Program-made: the position numbers and the translations under genes
Part shown: in pieces, positions 9,816-20,259 of the stretch
Layout of the letters: each line of letters begins with the position of its first letter
How positions within the stretch are numbered: the stretch's first letter is position 1
Assembly: GCA_051003155.1 (NCBI GenBank)
Contig: JBPCLO010000027.1
Location: 37,014 to 101,013 of the forward strand
Length of the DNA stretch: 64,000 nucleotides
From: Fimbriimonadales bacterium
Lineage (GTDB): Bacteria > Armatimonadota > Fimbriimonadia > Fimbriimonadales > ATM1
Direction: 5' to 3'
The notes under the pieces: model-generated
Seen by the model: the letters and a program-made list of their open reading frames with translations, nothing else
Database searches by the model: none
Told to the model about the DNA's origin: nothing

Positions 9816-11210
9816 ATGCAATGCATATCGGCCCCCGTCCACAGCGGAGCGTTTCCCTTGTCATCGAATTACAGCAAACAATCCATATTCAGCTACGCCG
9901 GCTTTCGGGACATATTCATCGGCCAGCTTATCTCGCAGTTCGGCGACGTGCTGTACTTCCTGGTCTTCCTTTGGTGGGCCTACGAGATCGGTGGCGCGGC
10001 GGCGGTAGGCATCGTCAGCGCGTGCTCGGTGGGGGCTTACCTGGTGCTATCGCTCTACGCGGGCACGGTCGCTGACCGCTACGACCGCCGGACGATACTT
10101 CTGGTTTCTGATATTGCGTGCGCAATCATCATAGTGGGCCTCATTGTAGTTGTGCTGATCGACCCGACGCCGCGGCTGTGGGTGCTCTGCGCGTTCACGG
10201 TCGCCTTGAAAGCGGCGTTCGTGTTTCAGAGGCCGGCGCGGACGGCCGCGATACCTCGGCTTGTGCCTACCGCGAGATTGCTGGAAGCAAACTCTCTAAA
10301 TACGACGTTCCAAACCGCGATGCCTTTGGCCGGCAACGCGCTCGGAGCGGTGGTGCTCGGCGCCATCTTCAAGCTGAGTGCCTCGCTTGCCTACATCGTG
10401 ACCTTCGCTGTGAACGGCATCACCTTCATCTTGTCGGCGATCTTTATGGCCAAGCTGCCGCCGATCGTCCCGGAGCGCGAAGGCCCGCCCAAGCACGCCT
10501 GGCACGAAGCCAAAGAGGGAATCAAGTTCATTTGGAGTCATTCGGTGCTGCGACCTTGTGCGATCCTGTTTTTTGGGTTCGAGTTCTTTGTCGCGCCATT
10601 TATGCCCGCTTACGTTATTGCGGCCAAAACGACCTTCGCGTCCGGGTTCAATTTGTTCGGTCTGAACATTGCCGGGCCCGCCCTCCTGGCTCTGCTCGAA
10701 ACCGGGTTCTTCCTCGGCTTCGTCCTTGGCTCGTTCGTGCTCTACAAGCGCCCTGTCCACCGTGTCGGCTACGCGTTCGCGGTGTTCATGGCGCTCGGTT
10801 CGCTCACGATCATCCCGATGGGCTGGATCACGTCGATCCCGCTCTTCTGGTTCCTGAACTTCCTTTGCGGCCTGTGCTTCCCATTCGGAATCATCCCGCT
10901 CGAAACGTTCATGCAGACAGTTACGCCGGATGAATTCCGAGGCCGAATGAGCTCCGCGATCGGCACGCTGAGCGCAAGCGCGGCGCCGGTCGGGATGCTG
11001 CTCAGCGGCTTCCTGATCGTATGGATCGGGTTGACGGGAACGTTCGCGTTTATCGGAATCGGCTTGGTGATCACCGCGCTGGCAGGCCTGATTCCGGCCA
11101 GCTTCAGGCGTGCTCGCCTCACCAACGAGCAGGCAGAGGGCCACGTTTCCGACGAGCAGATCACGCCTGGAGCCCTGGTTCAGGAGACGGTTTCGGCGAC
11201 GGCGGAATAG
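9816..11210 (+). CDS. MFS transporter (DHA3/MefA-like)
   Basis: GQLISQFGD, AGTVADRYDRR and QTVTPDEFRGR motifs; about 12 hydrophobic segments. Start may be TTG near 9858. Confidence 0.9.
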   Translation: MQCISAPVHSGAFPLSSNYSKQSIFSYAGFRDIFIGQLISQFGDVLYFLVFLWWAYEIGGAAAVGIVSACSVGAYLVLSLYAGTVADRYDRRTILLVSDIACAIIIVGLIVVVLIDPTPRLWVLCAFTVALKAAFVFQRPARTAAIPRLVPTARLLEANSLNTTFQTAMPLAGNALGAVVLGAIFKLSASLAYIVTFAVNGITFILSAIFMAKLPPIVPEREGPPKHAWHEAKEGIKFIWSHSVLRPCAILFFGFEFFVAPFMPAYVIAAKTTFASGFNLFGLNIAGPALLALLETGFFLGFVLGSFVLYKRPVHRVGYAFAVFMALGSLTIIPMGWITSIPLFWFLNFLCGLCFPFGIIPLETFMQTVTPDEFRGRMSSAIGTLSASAAPVGMLLSGFLIVWIGLTGTFAFIGIGLVITALAGLIPASFRRARLTNEQAEGHVSDEQITPGALVQETVSATAE

Positions 11211-11249
11211 TCCGACAGGCCAGACATGTCGGGCGTCTCCGACCGCGGC

Positions 11250-12497
11250 CTATTGCTGCTCGGCAGGCCCTTCGTCGAAGAGCGATGTCTTTTGGAAGGC
11301 TATTCGCTCTTCGGCGGAATCCTTGGCGGCTAGGACCCCCGCAGGGAGGATTGCATTCTTACCGAACTTCGCGTTAAGAACGTCTACGGCGCTGGCCAGC
11401 TTATGCCGATCGTTGTCCCGGTCGAAAATCGATGGTGTTCGTTCCGCGGCCGGTTCCAAGTCGTAGAACGTGAGCCCGACCTGCGTCGGATCCTCGATGG
11501 GGTTACTCGCCCAAGCCTCCTGCAATATCTCGACGAGGACAAGCGTCTCGGAGGTCGCCTCGACCTTCACCTTGTGAACCCACTCCTCTTTCCCATCCCG
11601 AACGATGAATGCGGCCTGCCGGCACGTCAACGCCTCCCGCCGCAGACGCGCAGTCGCCTTCTGAAGCAGCCGCAGCAGCACTTGGTAAGAACCTTCCCGC
11701 GTTCGGTGCTGCGGAGGCAGAACATGACTGTTTCCCAAGCTCTTCCGAGGACGCTCCTTCTCCGGAACATCGTATCCGCGCAGGAGGTACCACCAGCGCC
11801 CCCCGACGACGCTGCCGAACGCCGATCGCAACTGCGGCTCGCTCGCCGAGAGCATGTCGGCCGCGGTGAATATCCCGCCAAGGCCCAGCCGCACCGCCAT
11901 TCGCTTATTGATTCCATAAAATTCGGTCACGCCGAGTGCGCGGAGCCGCTCGGCCATGGTGTCCGGATGAAGCAGCACCAAACCGTTCGGCTTCTCCATA
12001 TCGCTTGCCACCTTGGAAAGGAACGCGTTTGGCGCGAGCCCGATCGAGCAAGTCATGCACTCGCCGACCTGTTCGTAGATCGCGGTTTTGACGCGAGCCG
12101 CGATTGCGCGCGCCGCTTCCTCAGTCGCCTCCGATCCTAAAAGCATCACGCGCATCTCGTCGATCGAGCAAACCTTCTCCACCGGAACGACGGATTCCAC
12201 CGCCTTCACGACTCGGTCGTGGTACTCGGCGTATGTCTTGTGGTCGCCCTCGACCAGCATGATGTGAGGACATAGCCGTTTCGCGTCACTCACGCGCGTC
12301 AACGTGTTGCAGCCGAACTTCTTCGCCTCATAGCTCGCGGCGATGAGAACAGTGCTGTCAGCCAGCATGGGCACGACGCCGACGGGCTTACCGCGGAGTT
12401 CGGGGTTCTCTTGCTGTTCCACCGACGCGAAGAACGCGTTCAGGTCCAAAAACAAGTACCTGTACGGCGCACCGCGGTTCGGCGAAGCTAGATGCAT
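11250..12497 (-). CDS. dinB: DNA polymerase IV (Y family)
   Basis: LDLNAFFASVEQ, IAASYEAKKFG, SIDE and LSKVASDMEKPNG motifs. Confidence 0.9.
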   Translation of the reverse strand: MHLASPNRGAPYRYLFLDLNAFFASVEQQENPELRGKPVGVVPMLADSTVLIAASYEAKKFGCNTLTRVSDAKRLCPHIMLVEGDHKTYAEYHDRVVKAVESVVPVEKVCSIDEMRVMLLGSEATEEAARAIAARVKTAIYEQVGECMTCSIGLAPNAFLSKVASDMEKPNGLVLLHPDTMAERLRALGVTEFYGINKRMAVRLGLGGIFTAADMLSASEPQLRSAFGSVVGGRWWYLLRGYDVPEKERPRKSLGNSHVLPPQHRTREGSYQVLLRLLQKATARLRREALTCRQAAFIVRDGKEEWVHKVKVEATSETLVLVEILQEAWASNPIEDPTQVGLTFYDLEPAAERTPSIFDRDNDRHKLASAVDVLNAKFGKNAILPAGVLAAKDSAEERIAFQKTSLFDEGPAEQQ

Positions 12498-12518
12498 GTC
12501 TACTATTATGGACGAGGC

Positions 12519-13280
12519 TCACTTTACGATTTCGCCGACATCCGCGCAGATATATGTCGGCGGCTGCTTGGCAGTCTTTAGATCGACCTTCGAAATTTCA
12601 CCCGTAAGGACGAGCGCCGAATCGCAGCCGGCACGAGCCGCACATTCGATATCCGTATCCAACCGGTCACCGACTACCAGAGTTTCATCGGGAGAAATCT
12701 CCGTTTCCGCCCAAATCATTCGAACGAGCGTCGGCTCCGGCTTGCCGATCGTGATCTCGGGGTACTTTCCCGCGGCGGTTGCGATCGCCGCGACCATCGC
12801 ACCCGCCCCCGGCTTTAACCGGCAACCTTCAACGGGATAGGTCGGGTCGAGGTTAGTCGCCATGAACCGGGCGCCCTGACGAATCCGCCATTGAGCTTCG
12901 TCGATCATCGCATAAGTGAGACCCAAACAAGCTCCTACGACGACCCAATCCGACGCCTCGTCGCCAACGATCCGGCAACCCATCTCTCGCAGTTCCTCAA
13001 CCAGCCCCTCTTCCCCTACCATGAAGACGCTGGCGCCGGCAAGAGCGATTGCCGCTCCGGCTGCGCTGGTGTAGATTTCTGTGGGACGGGCTTCGAAGCC
13101 CATTTCGTTTAACTTGTCCGCGAACGCCTTGCGGGTCAGCGTTGAATTGTTCGTCATAAAGCGAACCGTCGAACCCTGGTCACGAAGCGGTCTTAGAGCA
13201 TCCGCTGCGCCAGGGATCGGCGAATTACCGCGGTAGAGGACGCCGTCCAAATCAAAAACATACAGCTCGTACCGCCTCAT
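12519..13280 (-). CDS. HAD-IIA (NagD-like) hydrolase
   Basis: FDLDGVLY, TNNS, ATNLD, IGKP and VGDRLDTDI motifs. Confidence 0.9.
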   Translation of the reverse strand: MRRYELYVFDLDGVLYRGNSPIPGAADALRPLRDQGSTVRFMTNNSTLTRKAFADKLNEMGFEARPTEIYTSAAGAAIALAGASVFMVGEEGLVEELREMGCRIVGDEASDWVVVGACLGLTYAMIDEAQWRIRQGARFMATNLDPTYPVEGCRLKPGAGAMVAAIATAAGKYPEITIGKPEPTLVRMIWAETEISPDETLVVGDRLDTDIECAARAGCDSALVLTGEISKVDLKTAKQPPTYICADVGEIVK

Positions 13281-13288
13281 GCCGGCGG

Positions 13289-14296
13289 CTACGAATCCCG
13301 ACAGACGAGGATTTGCCCAAGATTCGCCAGCAACTGGGTCGCGGCGTTGTGCGGCAGATCGTTTAGCGCTTCCTTTGCCGTGTCGGAATAGGCTTCGGCT
13401 CTGCTCTTCGCGCTCGCAAAAGCCTCCCGATCAAGCATCCATCCCGCGATTGTTTCGAGGTCGGAATCCGTCACGCCGTTGCCGAATTTCGATCGAACAT
13501 ACGCCGCCTCATCAACGGCCAAGCGGCCTCGAAGATAGATGAGCGGCAATGTCGCGCATCCTTCGTTGAAATCCGTCGCGCGGGGCTTTCCGGACACCTC
13601 CGGCAGGCTTTGGAAATCGAGCAGGTCGTCGGCGATTTGATATCCGATCCCGATCGCTTCGCCGTAGCCCGCAAGCGCGCTCGCAACCCGCCCATCCGCG
13701 CCAGCGACCAGCGCTCCCGCCTCGCAGCAGCAAGCGATGAGGACGGCGGTCTTCCGTCGCAATATCTCGACATGTTTCTCTTCGCTCAGGTCGAAATCGC
13801 CGCGGCTTTGAACTTCGAGGACCTCGCCCTCTGCCATCTCGGCCACGGCTTTGCTAACAATCCTTATGATTCGCAGGTCGCCGTCCTCAGCCAAAACTTG
13901 CATCGCTTTCGCGAGCAGAACGTCGCCCGTCAGGATACTCGCGGTGCTGCCGAACAACATCGACGCGGTCGGCCTGCCACGGCGAGTGGCGGCGTGGTCG
14001 ATCACATCGTCGTGGATGAGCGTCGCCGTATGGATCATCTCCATGCATGCCCCGATCGCGGCGACCCTCGCTCGCGAAAACGGCAGCCCGGTGGCCCGGG
14101 CAGCCAAGCTCACGAAGAGGGGTCTGAGCCTCTTACCGCCGGCGCCGAACACATGCTCGGCAATGTTCTCGACTGTTTCCACGTCCGAGCCCAGCCGCTC
14201 CGCCATCACCGCTTCGCAGGCTTGCACATCCGAAGCCATTTCCATCGCCAGATCGCCGGCCAACTCACGCGCCGCGTCCAGATAAGCCGTCGTCAT
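13289..14296 (-). CDS. polyprenyl diphosphate synthase (IspB/HepT-like)
   Basis: GGKRLRP, LIHDDVID..TRRG, KTA and YQIADDLLD motifs. ATG at 14296 overlaps the upstream TGA (ATGA). Confidence 0.92.
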   Translation of the reverse strand: MTTAYLDAARELAGDLAMEMASDVQACEAVMAERLGSDVETVENIAEHVFGAGGKRLRPLFVSLAARATGLPFSRARVAAIGACMEMIHTATLIHDDVIDHAATRRGRPTASMLFGSTASILTGDVLLAKAMQVLAEDGDLRIIRIVSKAVAEMAEGEVLEVQSRGDFDLSEEKHVEILRRKTAVLIACCCEAGALVAGADGRVASALAGYGEAIGIGYQIADDLLDFQSLPEVSGKPRATDFNEGCATLPLIYLRGRLAVDEAAYVRSKFGNGVTDSDLETIAGWMLDREAFASAKSRAEAYSDTAKEALNDLPHNAATQLLANLGQILVCRDS

Positions 14297-15012
14297 TTCT
14301 CCCCCCATTGAATGCAGATATTGCCAAAGAAACGATCCTCGTACCGAATGTTCTTTAAGCCGGCGCACCGCATCGCCTTTGCCAATCCTTCGCGCGTTGT
14401 AAACCGATCCGTCGACTTCGGCAAATATGTGTAGGCCTCTCGCTTTCCGAAAAGCGAGCCCATGGCTGGAACCGCCATATTGAAAACGAAATGGCTCAGG
14501 CCCCTCGAAATGCGAGACCTCGGCCGTGCCATATCGACGCAAACGAACCTACCGCCTGGCTTCAAAATTCGGACAATCTGGGATAGGGCGGCGTCCGCGT
14601 CGGGCACGTTTCGCAATCCCCATCCCACGGTCACGCCGTCGAAACTCGAAGACCTTAGAGGAATGGCACAAGCGTCGCCCAGGGAAAGCCCCATGTCGTA
14701 CGGCTTATGCCGCGCGATCTCGAGCATGGGCATGCAAAAGTCGACCCCGATGATGCGCCCCGATGGAGAAACTGCGTTACGCAAGGCGCGCCCGAAATCA
14801 CCCGTGCCACAGCAAAGGTCGGCGGCCACGTCGCCGGCGCGCAATCGGAGCCCCTTCACGGCATCCGCTCTCCACCTGTGGTGCAGTCGCAGGCTAATGG
14901 CGGAGTTGAGCAGGTCGTACGTGGGAGAGATGTCGGCGAACATCCGGCGCACTTGTCGCCGCTTCTCTTCTCCATCCACCTCCCATGGCCGCGGTGCGGC
15001 ATTCTCTGCCAT
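14293..15012 (-). CDS. ubiE: ubiquinone/menaquinone C-methyltransferase UbiE/MenG
   Basis: VRRMFADISPTYDLLN, DLCCGTGD, WGLRNV and AYTYLPKS motifs. Confidence 0.9.
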   Translation of the reverse strand: MAENAAPRPWEVDGEEKRRQVRRMFADISPTYDLLNSAISLRLHHRWRADAVKGLRLRAGDVAADLCCGTGDFGRALRNAVSPSGRIIGVDFCMPMLEIARHKPYDMGLSLGDACAIPLRSSSFDGVTVGWGLRNVPDADAALSQIVRILKPGGRFVCVDMARPRSRISRGLSHFVFNMAVPAMGSLFGKREAYTYLPKSTDRFTTREGLAKAMRCAGLKNIRYEDRFFGNICIQWGEK

Positions 15013-15116
15013 CAAGGTCAATGTACCGCCGAGCCGAGCGAGTTTACAAGGATTACTGAAACTTCAGGAATATAAAGCGTGCGAAATCGAGCGTATAATT
15101 CCACGGAGGTTCAAAA

Positions 15117-15608
15117 GTGGTAGCTGCGTTGTTCGCGTCGCTTGTCATATCGTTCGCACCGGGGGTTCAAGGAAACCCGCTCGCCCCGGGAACTCAGATA
15201 GATTTCATTGCGCAAACCTTGCATGGTGCTTCTATCGGCTCCAAGGAACTCAAGGGCAAGCAATCGCTAATCGTCCTCTGGGGAACGAGCTGGTTGACGG
15301 AGTCGCTCCCGGCGCTCGACGAAGCCGAGCGCGTGCGCAAGAAGTACGGCGAAAAGCTCCGGGTTGTCGCGTTGAGCAGCTTCGATCTGAAACAGCAAGT
15401 CATTTCCTTCGAGAATGGGCATCCTCATTACAAAATGGAATTCTGGGTCGACACTTCGGAGCGTGAGGGCCTCGACGCTTCCATAGCTGCCAAGGTCTTC
15501 AAAGCCAAAGAGTTTCCGACGGTCTACGTTCTGGACAAGGGCTGCAAGGTCGTGGGCGGCATCGTCGGCTTCAAAGCCGGCGACAACATCGAAACCTTTG
15601 TCCGGTAA
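15117..15608 (+). CDS. exported TlpA/redoxin-fold protein lacking CxxC
   Basis: Signal peptide; ELKGKQSLIVLW...SLPAL and EFPTVYVLDKGCKV match the TlpA fold, but there are no Cys at the active-site position. Confidence 0.65.
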   Translation: MVAALFASLVISFAPGVQGNPLAPGTQIDFIAQTLHGASIGSKELKGKQSLIVLWGTSWLTESLPALDEAERVRKKYGEKLRVVALSSFDLKQQVISFENGHPHYKMEFWVDTSEREGLDASIAAKVFKAKEFPTVYVLDKGCKVVGGIVGFKAGDNIETFVR

Positions 15609-15617
15609 TGACGGCGA

Positions 15618-16733
15618 TTACCTTCCGCGCGGGTTAACGGGAGTCCCGTTGATACGGATCTCCCAGTGCAGGTGTGGCCCGGTGCTCATTCCTGTGGAGC
15701 CGACCGCCGCGATCACATCTCCCTTGTCGACCGTCTTGCCGACGCCCACATAGAGCCGCGAGCAGTGTCCATATAGGGACGCTTTGCCACCGCCGTGGTC
15801 GATGATAATGCAGTTTCCATAGCCGCCGCGATATCCGGAAAAGATCACAGTCCCGCTACCCGAGGCGTGAATCGGCGTACCGGTAGGCGCAGCGATATCG
15901 AGACCTGTGTGCATTCTCGACCTCCCGGTAATGGGATGGACGCGCCTGCCGAAGCCGCTTGTCAGCCTCCCGTTCACCGGCAACCGGTGGGAACCGCGAT
16001 ACATGCGAGCCGTTGACTTTCGAGCACCGTAGAAGCGGCGAAGTTCGGCCTCGATATTCGCACTCTCGCGCTCGAGTTCGTCCAGCTCGTCTTGGGCATC
16101 GTGCTGATCCTGCTTCAGCTCACCGAGCAGGCCCTTCTTGAATCTCATGCGGCCGTCGAGGTCCTTCTTGTACTCCAGCCGCTGCCCAACCAAGTATTCG
16201 ATGCGCGACACAACGGCGTCCTTGCGGGCCTTCTTTCGGTCGACGTCCTCGCGGTACTGGCGCAGCTCGTCGACCAACCTGTCGTCCTGGTCGGCGATCT
16301 TCTGGATGATAAACGTGTGATCGGCCGAGTCCGCGAACGACTCGGACCCGATGAAGGCGCCGATCGGTCCACGCTCGCCGTTCATATAGAGAGACCGCAT
16401 TCGCTGGCCCACGATTTCGCGCTTCGCGTCGAGCTTTTCGGCCGCCTCGTCGAGCTCTCGGGCCACCTTCTGCTGTTCGTCTTCGGCGTCGTTCAAGGCT
16501 ATCTCGGTGTGTTTGAGGTTCGATCGAGCATTTTCCAGAAGGTCGTCCGCTTTGACAATGTCGGACATCACGTAGCTGATCCTGCGCTTCGTCTTCGTGA
16601 TCACCTTGCGCAGCTGCTGAGCCTCTTGCCGAGTCGCCTTCTGCTTGTTCAACAGGAGCTTTTTCGACGGTCTCTGCCCCCACGCAATAACAGCCAGAAG
16701 CAAAGTGAAAACAATTAGTAGCCTGACTCTCAT
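15618..16733 (-). CDS. coiled-coil M23 peptidase (EnvC-like murein hydrolase/activator)
   Basis: Long coiled coil, then HTGLD...GYGN...STGPHLHWE; lies in an operon with ftsEX. Confidence 0.9.
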   Translation of the reverse strand: MRVRLLIVFTLLLAVIAWGQRPSKKLLLNKQKATRQEAQQLRKVITKTKRRISYVMSDIVKADDLLENARSNLKHTEIALNDAEDEQQKVARELDEAAEKLDAKREIVGQRMRSLYMNGERGPIGAFIGSESFADSADHTFIIQKIADQDDRLVDELRQYREDVDRKKARKDAVVSRIEYLVGQRLEYKKDLDGRMRFKKGLLGELKQDQHDAQDELDELERESANIEAELRRFYGARKSTARMYRGSHRLPVNGRLTSGFGRRVHPITGRSRMHTGLDIAAPTGTPIHASGSGTVIFSGYRGGYGNCIIIDHGGGKASLYGHCSRLYVGVGKTVDKGDVIAAVGSTGMSTGPHLHWEIRINGTPVNPRGR

Positions 16734-17620
16734 GTTGCAAACCTCAGGTATTTGCGGACCGAAAGGCCCGCCGCAACCATCCCCATGATTGCGCCCACTC
16801 CCGCCAAGATACCTATCATCGGCACGGCGGGAAATTGCATGTCCGTAGAAAGCAGCGGCCCCATCAGCTTAGTAGAGCGCGCAGTAAGGTACGCCGCCAA
16901 GCTCCAAAGCAGCAAACCGGCAAGAACGCCGCCCAAGATGCCTTGGAAAGCTCCCTCGAAAAGAAACGGCCATCGTATCGTTCCGTGGCTTGCGCCGACG
17001 AGCCGCATGATCTTGATCTCCTGCTTGCGTGCCAGCACGGTCAGATGCACGGCGTTGAGGATCAAACTCCCAGCGGTAAAGAACGCTATTAGACCGAAAA
17101 TGATGCCCGCCCATCTGACGAACTCGATCATGGAGGTCACCCGCTGCCTCAGCTCGATGGCGTCTCGAATTCCGTCTCGTCCGTCGTACAACGGCTGCCT
17201 CCGAATGGCGTCGCGAACATGCTCGGCCTTCTTCAGGTCGGTCAGCGTGATCACGAGTTGGTCAGGAAGGGGGTTCTTGATGTCGCGCGTGTCACCCAAG
17301 ATGCCCTGGGACTTGCGCCAGGTTTGCCACTCGACGTCTTTTGGCAGCAGCGAGACTTGCGCAACACCGTTTACCTTGCGCAGACTCTGTGTCATAGCTT
17401 TGACCTGGTCCTTGTCCGCCTTGGGCTGTACAGAAATCTTGATTTCGAACTGGGGAGGAAGCGACTCGAGCCTTGCGGAAAGGTTAAGGTAGGCGTATCC
17501 GAGTCCCCCCAGAATAAACAGCGCAATCGCGGCGGTGTTTATCGCCGATAGCGTCATCAGGCCGTTTCGCTTCAGCGCGGTCACCGCCTCGCCGAACACA
17601 AACTCCAGGCGGTCAAACAC
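16730..17620 (-). CDS. ftsX: cell division permease FtsX
   Basis: NPLPD, ARKQEIKIMRLVGA and IRWPFLFEG motifs. Confidence 0.92.
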   Translation of the reverse strand: MFDRLEFVFGEAVTALKRNGLMTLSAINTAAIALFILGGLGYAYLNLSARLESLPPQFEIKISVQPKADKDQVKAMTQSLRKVNGVAQVSLLPKDVEWQTWRKSQGILGDTRDIKNPLPDQLVITLTDLKKAEHVRDAIRRQPLYDGRDGIRDAIELRQRVTSMIEFVRWAGIIFGLIAFFTAGSLILNAVHLTVLARKQEIKIMRLVGASHGTIRWPFLFEGAFQGILGGVLAGLLLWSLAAYLTARSTKLMGPLLSTDMQFPAVPMIGILAGVGAIMGMVAAGLSVRKYLRFAT

Positions 17621-18311
17621 TCGCGCCCTCCAAGGTCAAACTTCCCATACCGAACATGTCCCCGCGAACCATCCCCTTGCTCAGCGTAACGACCCGCCGG
17701 TGGAGCTTCGAGATCGCCATGATGTCATGCGTCGCCATCAGTACCGTGGTGCCCTTGTTGTTGATGTCGAGGAGCACACCCAAGATGTCGGCGCTCATCT
17801 CGGGATCGAGGTGGCCGGTGGGCTCGTCTGCGAGGAGAACGAGTGGGTTGTTGATGAGAGCCCTCGCGATCGCCACACGCTGCTGCTCGCCACCGGAGAG
17901 CTCGCTCGGGAATGCATTTGCTCGGTAGAGGACGCCGAACCTGTCCAAGAACTCTGGGACCCGCTTCCTAACCTCGCGCTGGGAATGACCCGCAGCGCGC
18001 ATGGCATAGGCGAGATTCTCCCAGATCTTCTTGTTAGGGAGGAGCAGGATGTCTTGAGGAACAAACCCGATCTGGCGGCGCAGCTTGGGTACCGTGTTGC
18101 CTGGGAGCTGTGCGAGATCCCGACCCCTTAACAAGACTCGTCCTGAAGTCGCCTTGAGCTCGCGGATAATGAGTTTTAGAAGAGTTGATTTGCCTGAGCC
18201 CGAAGCGCCGACCAAAAAGGCACATTCCCCTTGACTGATCGACAAACTTACGTCCCGCAGAGCGCACACTCTCCTGTCGTACTCCAGGCTTACGTTCTGG
18301 AATTCGATCAC
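17613..18311 (-). CDS. ftsE: cell division ATP-binding protein FtsE
   Basis: GASGSGKST, LRRQIGFVPQD, LSGGEQQR and LLADEPTGHLD motifs; directly upstream of ftsX. Confidence 0.92.
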   Translation of the reverse strand: MIEFQNVSLEYDRRVCALRDVSLSISQGECAFLVGASGSGKSTLLKLIIRELKATSGRVLLRGRDLAQLPGNTVPKLRRQIGFVPQDILLLPNKKIWENLAYAMRAAGHSQREVRKRVPEFLDRFGVLYRANAFPSELSGGEQQRVAIARALINNPLVLLADEPTGHLDPEMSADILGVLLDINNKGTTVLMATHDIMAISKLHRRVVTLSKGMVRGDMFGMGSLTLEGASV

Positions 18312-18785
18312 CTACGCACCATTATGGCCAACTCCATGCGCAAGATGCGCCGATCGCAGCTTTATGCCGAAGGAATTCGGTTCGCACAAGGTTAAGACAC
18401 GCAGAAGGCTCAAATGGCGTCCACTTCTCGACCCTTCCAGCCCTATCAGTCTTAATGAGTCCAATTTGTACTGCCTCGAATCTACCCCTCCACCGCTTGT
18501 ACTCGGTGCCAGGTGCGATCCTGGCTAAGGCCAAATTAACTTCGCGATTTCTGGTGTCCTATAGGTAGGCGAAGCTGCATCTGGCCGCCGGCCGTCTCGT
18601 CGACCAGGCAACCTGGTCAACCAACTTGGTGGCAAGAACAACGATGAATATGATGAGTGTAGTTAACGATGAATCGGCGTCACCCGCCGCCGCAAATCTT
18701 CAAGCGTACGCGTGGCTATCGTCATGACGAGTCGCGAATCGGTCGCGAGGCGTGCCCAGAGGCTCCCGCCGGTATACTTAAGCCC

Positions 18786-20255
18786 GTGGTCGACCTCTTT
18801 GAAGAATCGGATCACTTAAAGGAAGAGTGCGGCGTCTTCGCGGCCTTTTCCCCAGGCTCGGAAGCGGCGAGGTTAACCTTTTTCGGGCTTTTCTCCTTGC
18901 AGCATCGCGGCCAGGAGTCGTGCGGCATCGCAGTGTCCGACGGACGCAAAGTGCGCATGCACAAGGACATGGGCCTCGTGAGCCAAGTTTTCACCGAAGA
19001 GATTCTGGCGGCCCTCCCGGGCCACATGGCTATCGGCCACACACGCTACTCCACAACCGGATCGAGCGTCAGGCGAAACGCCCAGCCGGTCAGCTGCACC
19101 ACGATTGTCGGCGACATCGCGGTTGCCCACAACGGCAACCTGATCAACGCTCACGAACTGCGTGCACGAATGGAAGCCGAAGGGGACTCGTTCGTCACGA
19201 CCAACGACAGCGAAGTCATCGCGAAGCTTCTCGCCCGCGAACACTCGGGCGACCTGGCGGCGTCCATTGCGAACGTCATGAAGCAACTTAGGGGCGCCTA
19301 CAGCGTCGCAGTCCTGACGCCCAAGCACATCGCCGCTTTCCGTGACCCGAACGGCGTGCGCCCATTGGTCATCGGCCAGATCGAAGGCGGCTACATTGTC
19401 GCCAGCGAAACGTGCGCGTTCAACCCGGTCCAGGCCAAGTTCTTCCGCGAACTGAAGCCCGGAGAAATAGCCGTCGTGGACGAAGCCGGGCCCCGCATCG
19501 TGCAAGGCTTCGAGCCGGGCCGACCCGCGATGTGCATGTTCGAGTTCATCTATTTCGCCCGGCCCGACAGCGTGATGTACAACACCAGGCTCTATACCGC
19601 GCGTGAACGAATGGGCGAAGAATTGGCGCGCGAGCACCCCGTGGAAGCCGACGTCGTCATGCCGGTCCCCGACACCGGCTATCCCGGTGCACTAGGGTAT
19701 AGCCGGGTCAGCGGCATCCCCTTCGTCGAGGGCCTGATCAAGAGCCGATACATCCACCGAACGTTCATTCAGCCTGACCAGAAGATGCGCGAGATGGGGG
19801 TCCGGATGAAGCTCACTCCCCTCGAAGAGCAGATCAAAGGCAAGCGCCTCATTGTCGTCGACGACTCGATCGTCCGCGCCACGACGACGAAGCAAATCGT
19901 GAAGCTGCTGTTCGAATACGGCGCCACGGAGGTCCACATCCGAATCACCGCGCCGCCGATCAAGCATCCGTGCTTCTACGGGATCGACATGGCTAGCAAG
20001 GGCCAACTCGCCGCCGCGAAGTGGTCGATCGAGGAGATTCGTGAGCACATAGGCGCTACGTCTCTAGGCTATTTATCGACGGACGGCGTCGTAAATGCGG
20101 TCGGCAAGCCCAAGGACACCTTCTGCCTAGCGTGCTTCAACGGCGACTACCCAATCGACGTCCCGCTACAGGTTCAGAAAGACGTCTTCGAACGACCGAA
20201 GGTGGGCGCTTTCGCCACCGTGAGCGCGGGTCAAGGCGCGCTCGACTTCGACTAG
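18786..20255 (+). CDS. purF: amidophosphoribosyltransferase
   Basis: Propeptide + EECG, LQHRGQE, GHTRYST, HNGN and VDDSIVR motifs. GTG start at 18786 lies 7 nt after TATACT. Confidence 0.95.
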   Translation: MVDLFEESDHLKEECGVFAAFSPGSEAARLTFFGLFSLQHRGQESCGIAVSDGRKVRMHKDMGLVSQVFTEEILAALPGHMAIGHTRYSTTGSSVRRNAQPVSCTTIVGDIAVAHNGNLINAHELRARMEAEGDSFVTTNDSEVIAKLLAREHSGDLAASIANVMKQLRGAYSVAVLTPKHIAAFRDPNGVRPLVIGQIEGGYIVASETCAFNPVQAKFFRELKPGEIAVVDEAGPRIVQGFEPGRPAMCMFEFIYFARPDSVMYNTRLYTARERMGEELAREHPVEADVVMPVPDTGYPGALGYSRVSGIPFVEGLIKSRYIHRTFIQPDQKMREMGVRMKLTPLEEQIKGKRLIVVDDSIVRATTTKQIVKLLFEYGATEVHIRITAPPIKHPCFYGIDMASKGQLAAAKWSIEEIREHIGATSLGYLSTDGVVNAVGKPKDTFCLACFNGDYPIDVPLQVQKDVFERPKVGAFATVSAGQGALDFD

Positions 20256-20259
20256 CTTC

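Noticed and set aside
12498..12513. Shared TACTATWAT motif before dinB and dprA as an SOS box
   Set aside because: The similarity is largely explained by the -10 elements, and the orientations differ.
18322..18720. Possible decayed minus-strand gene between ftsE and purF (hydrophobic stretch, internal TAG, 70-aa ORF)
   Set aside because: No recognisable family; cannot be supported.
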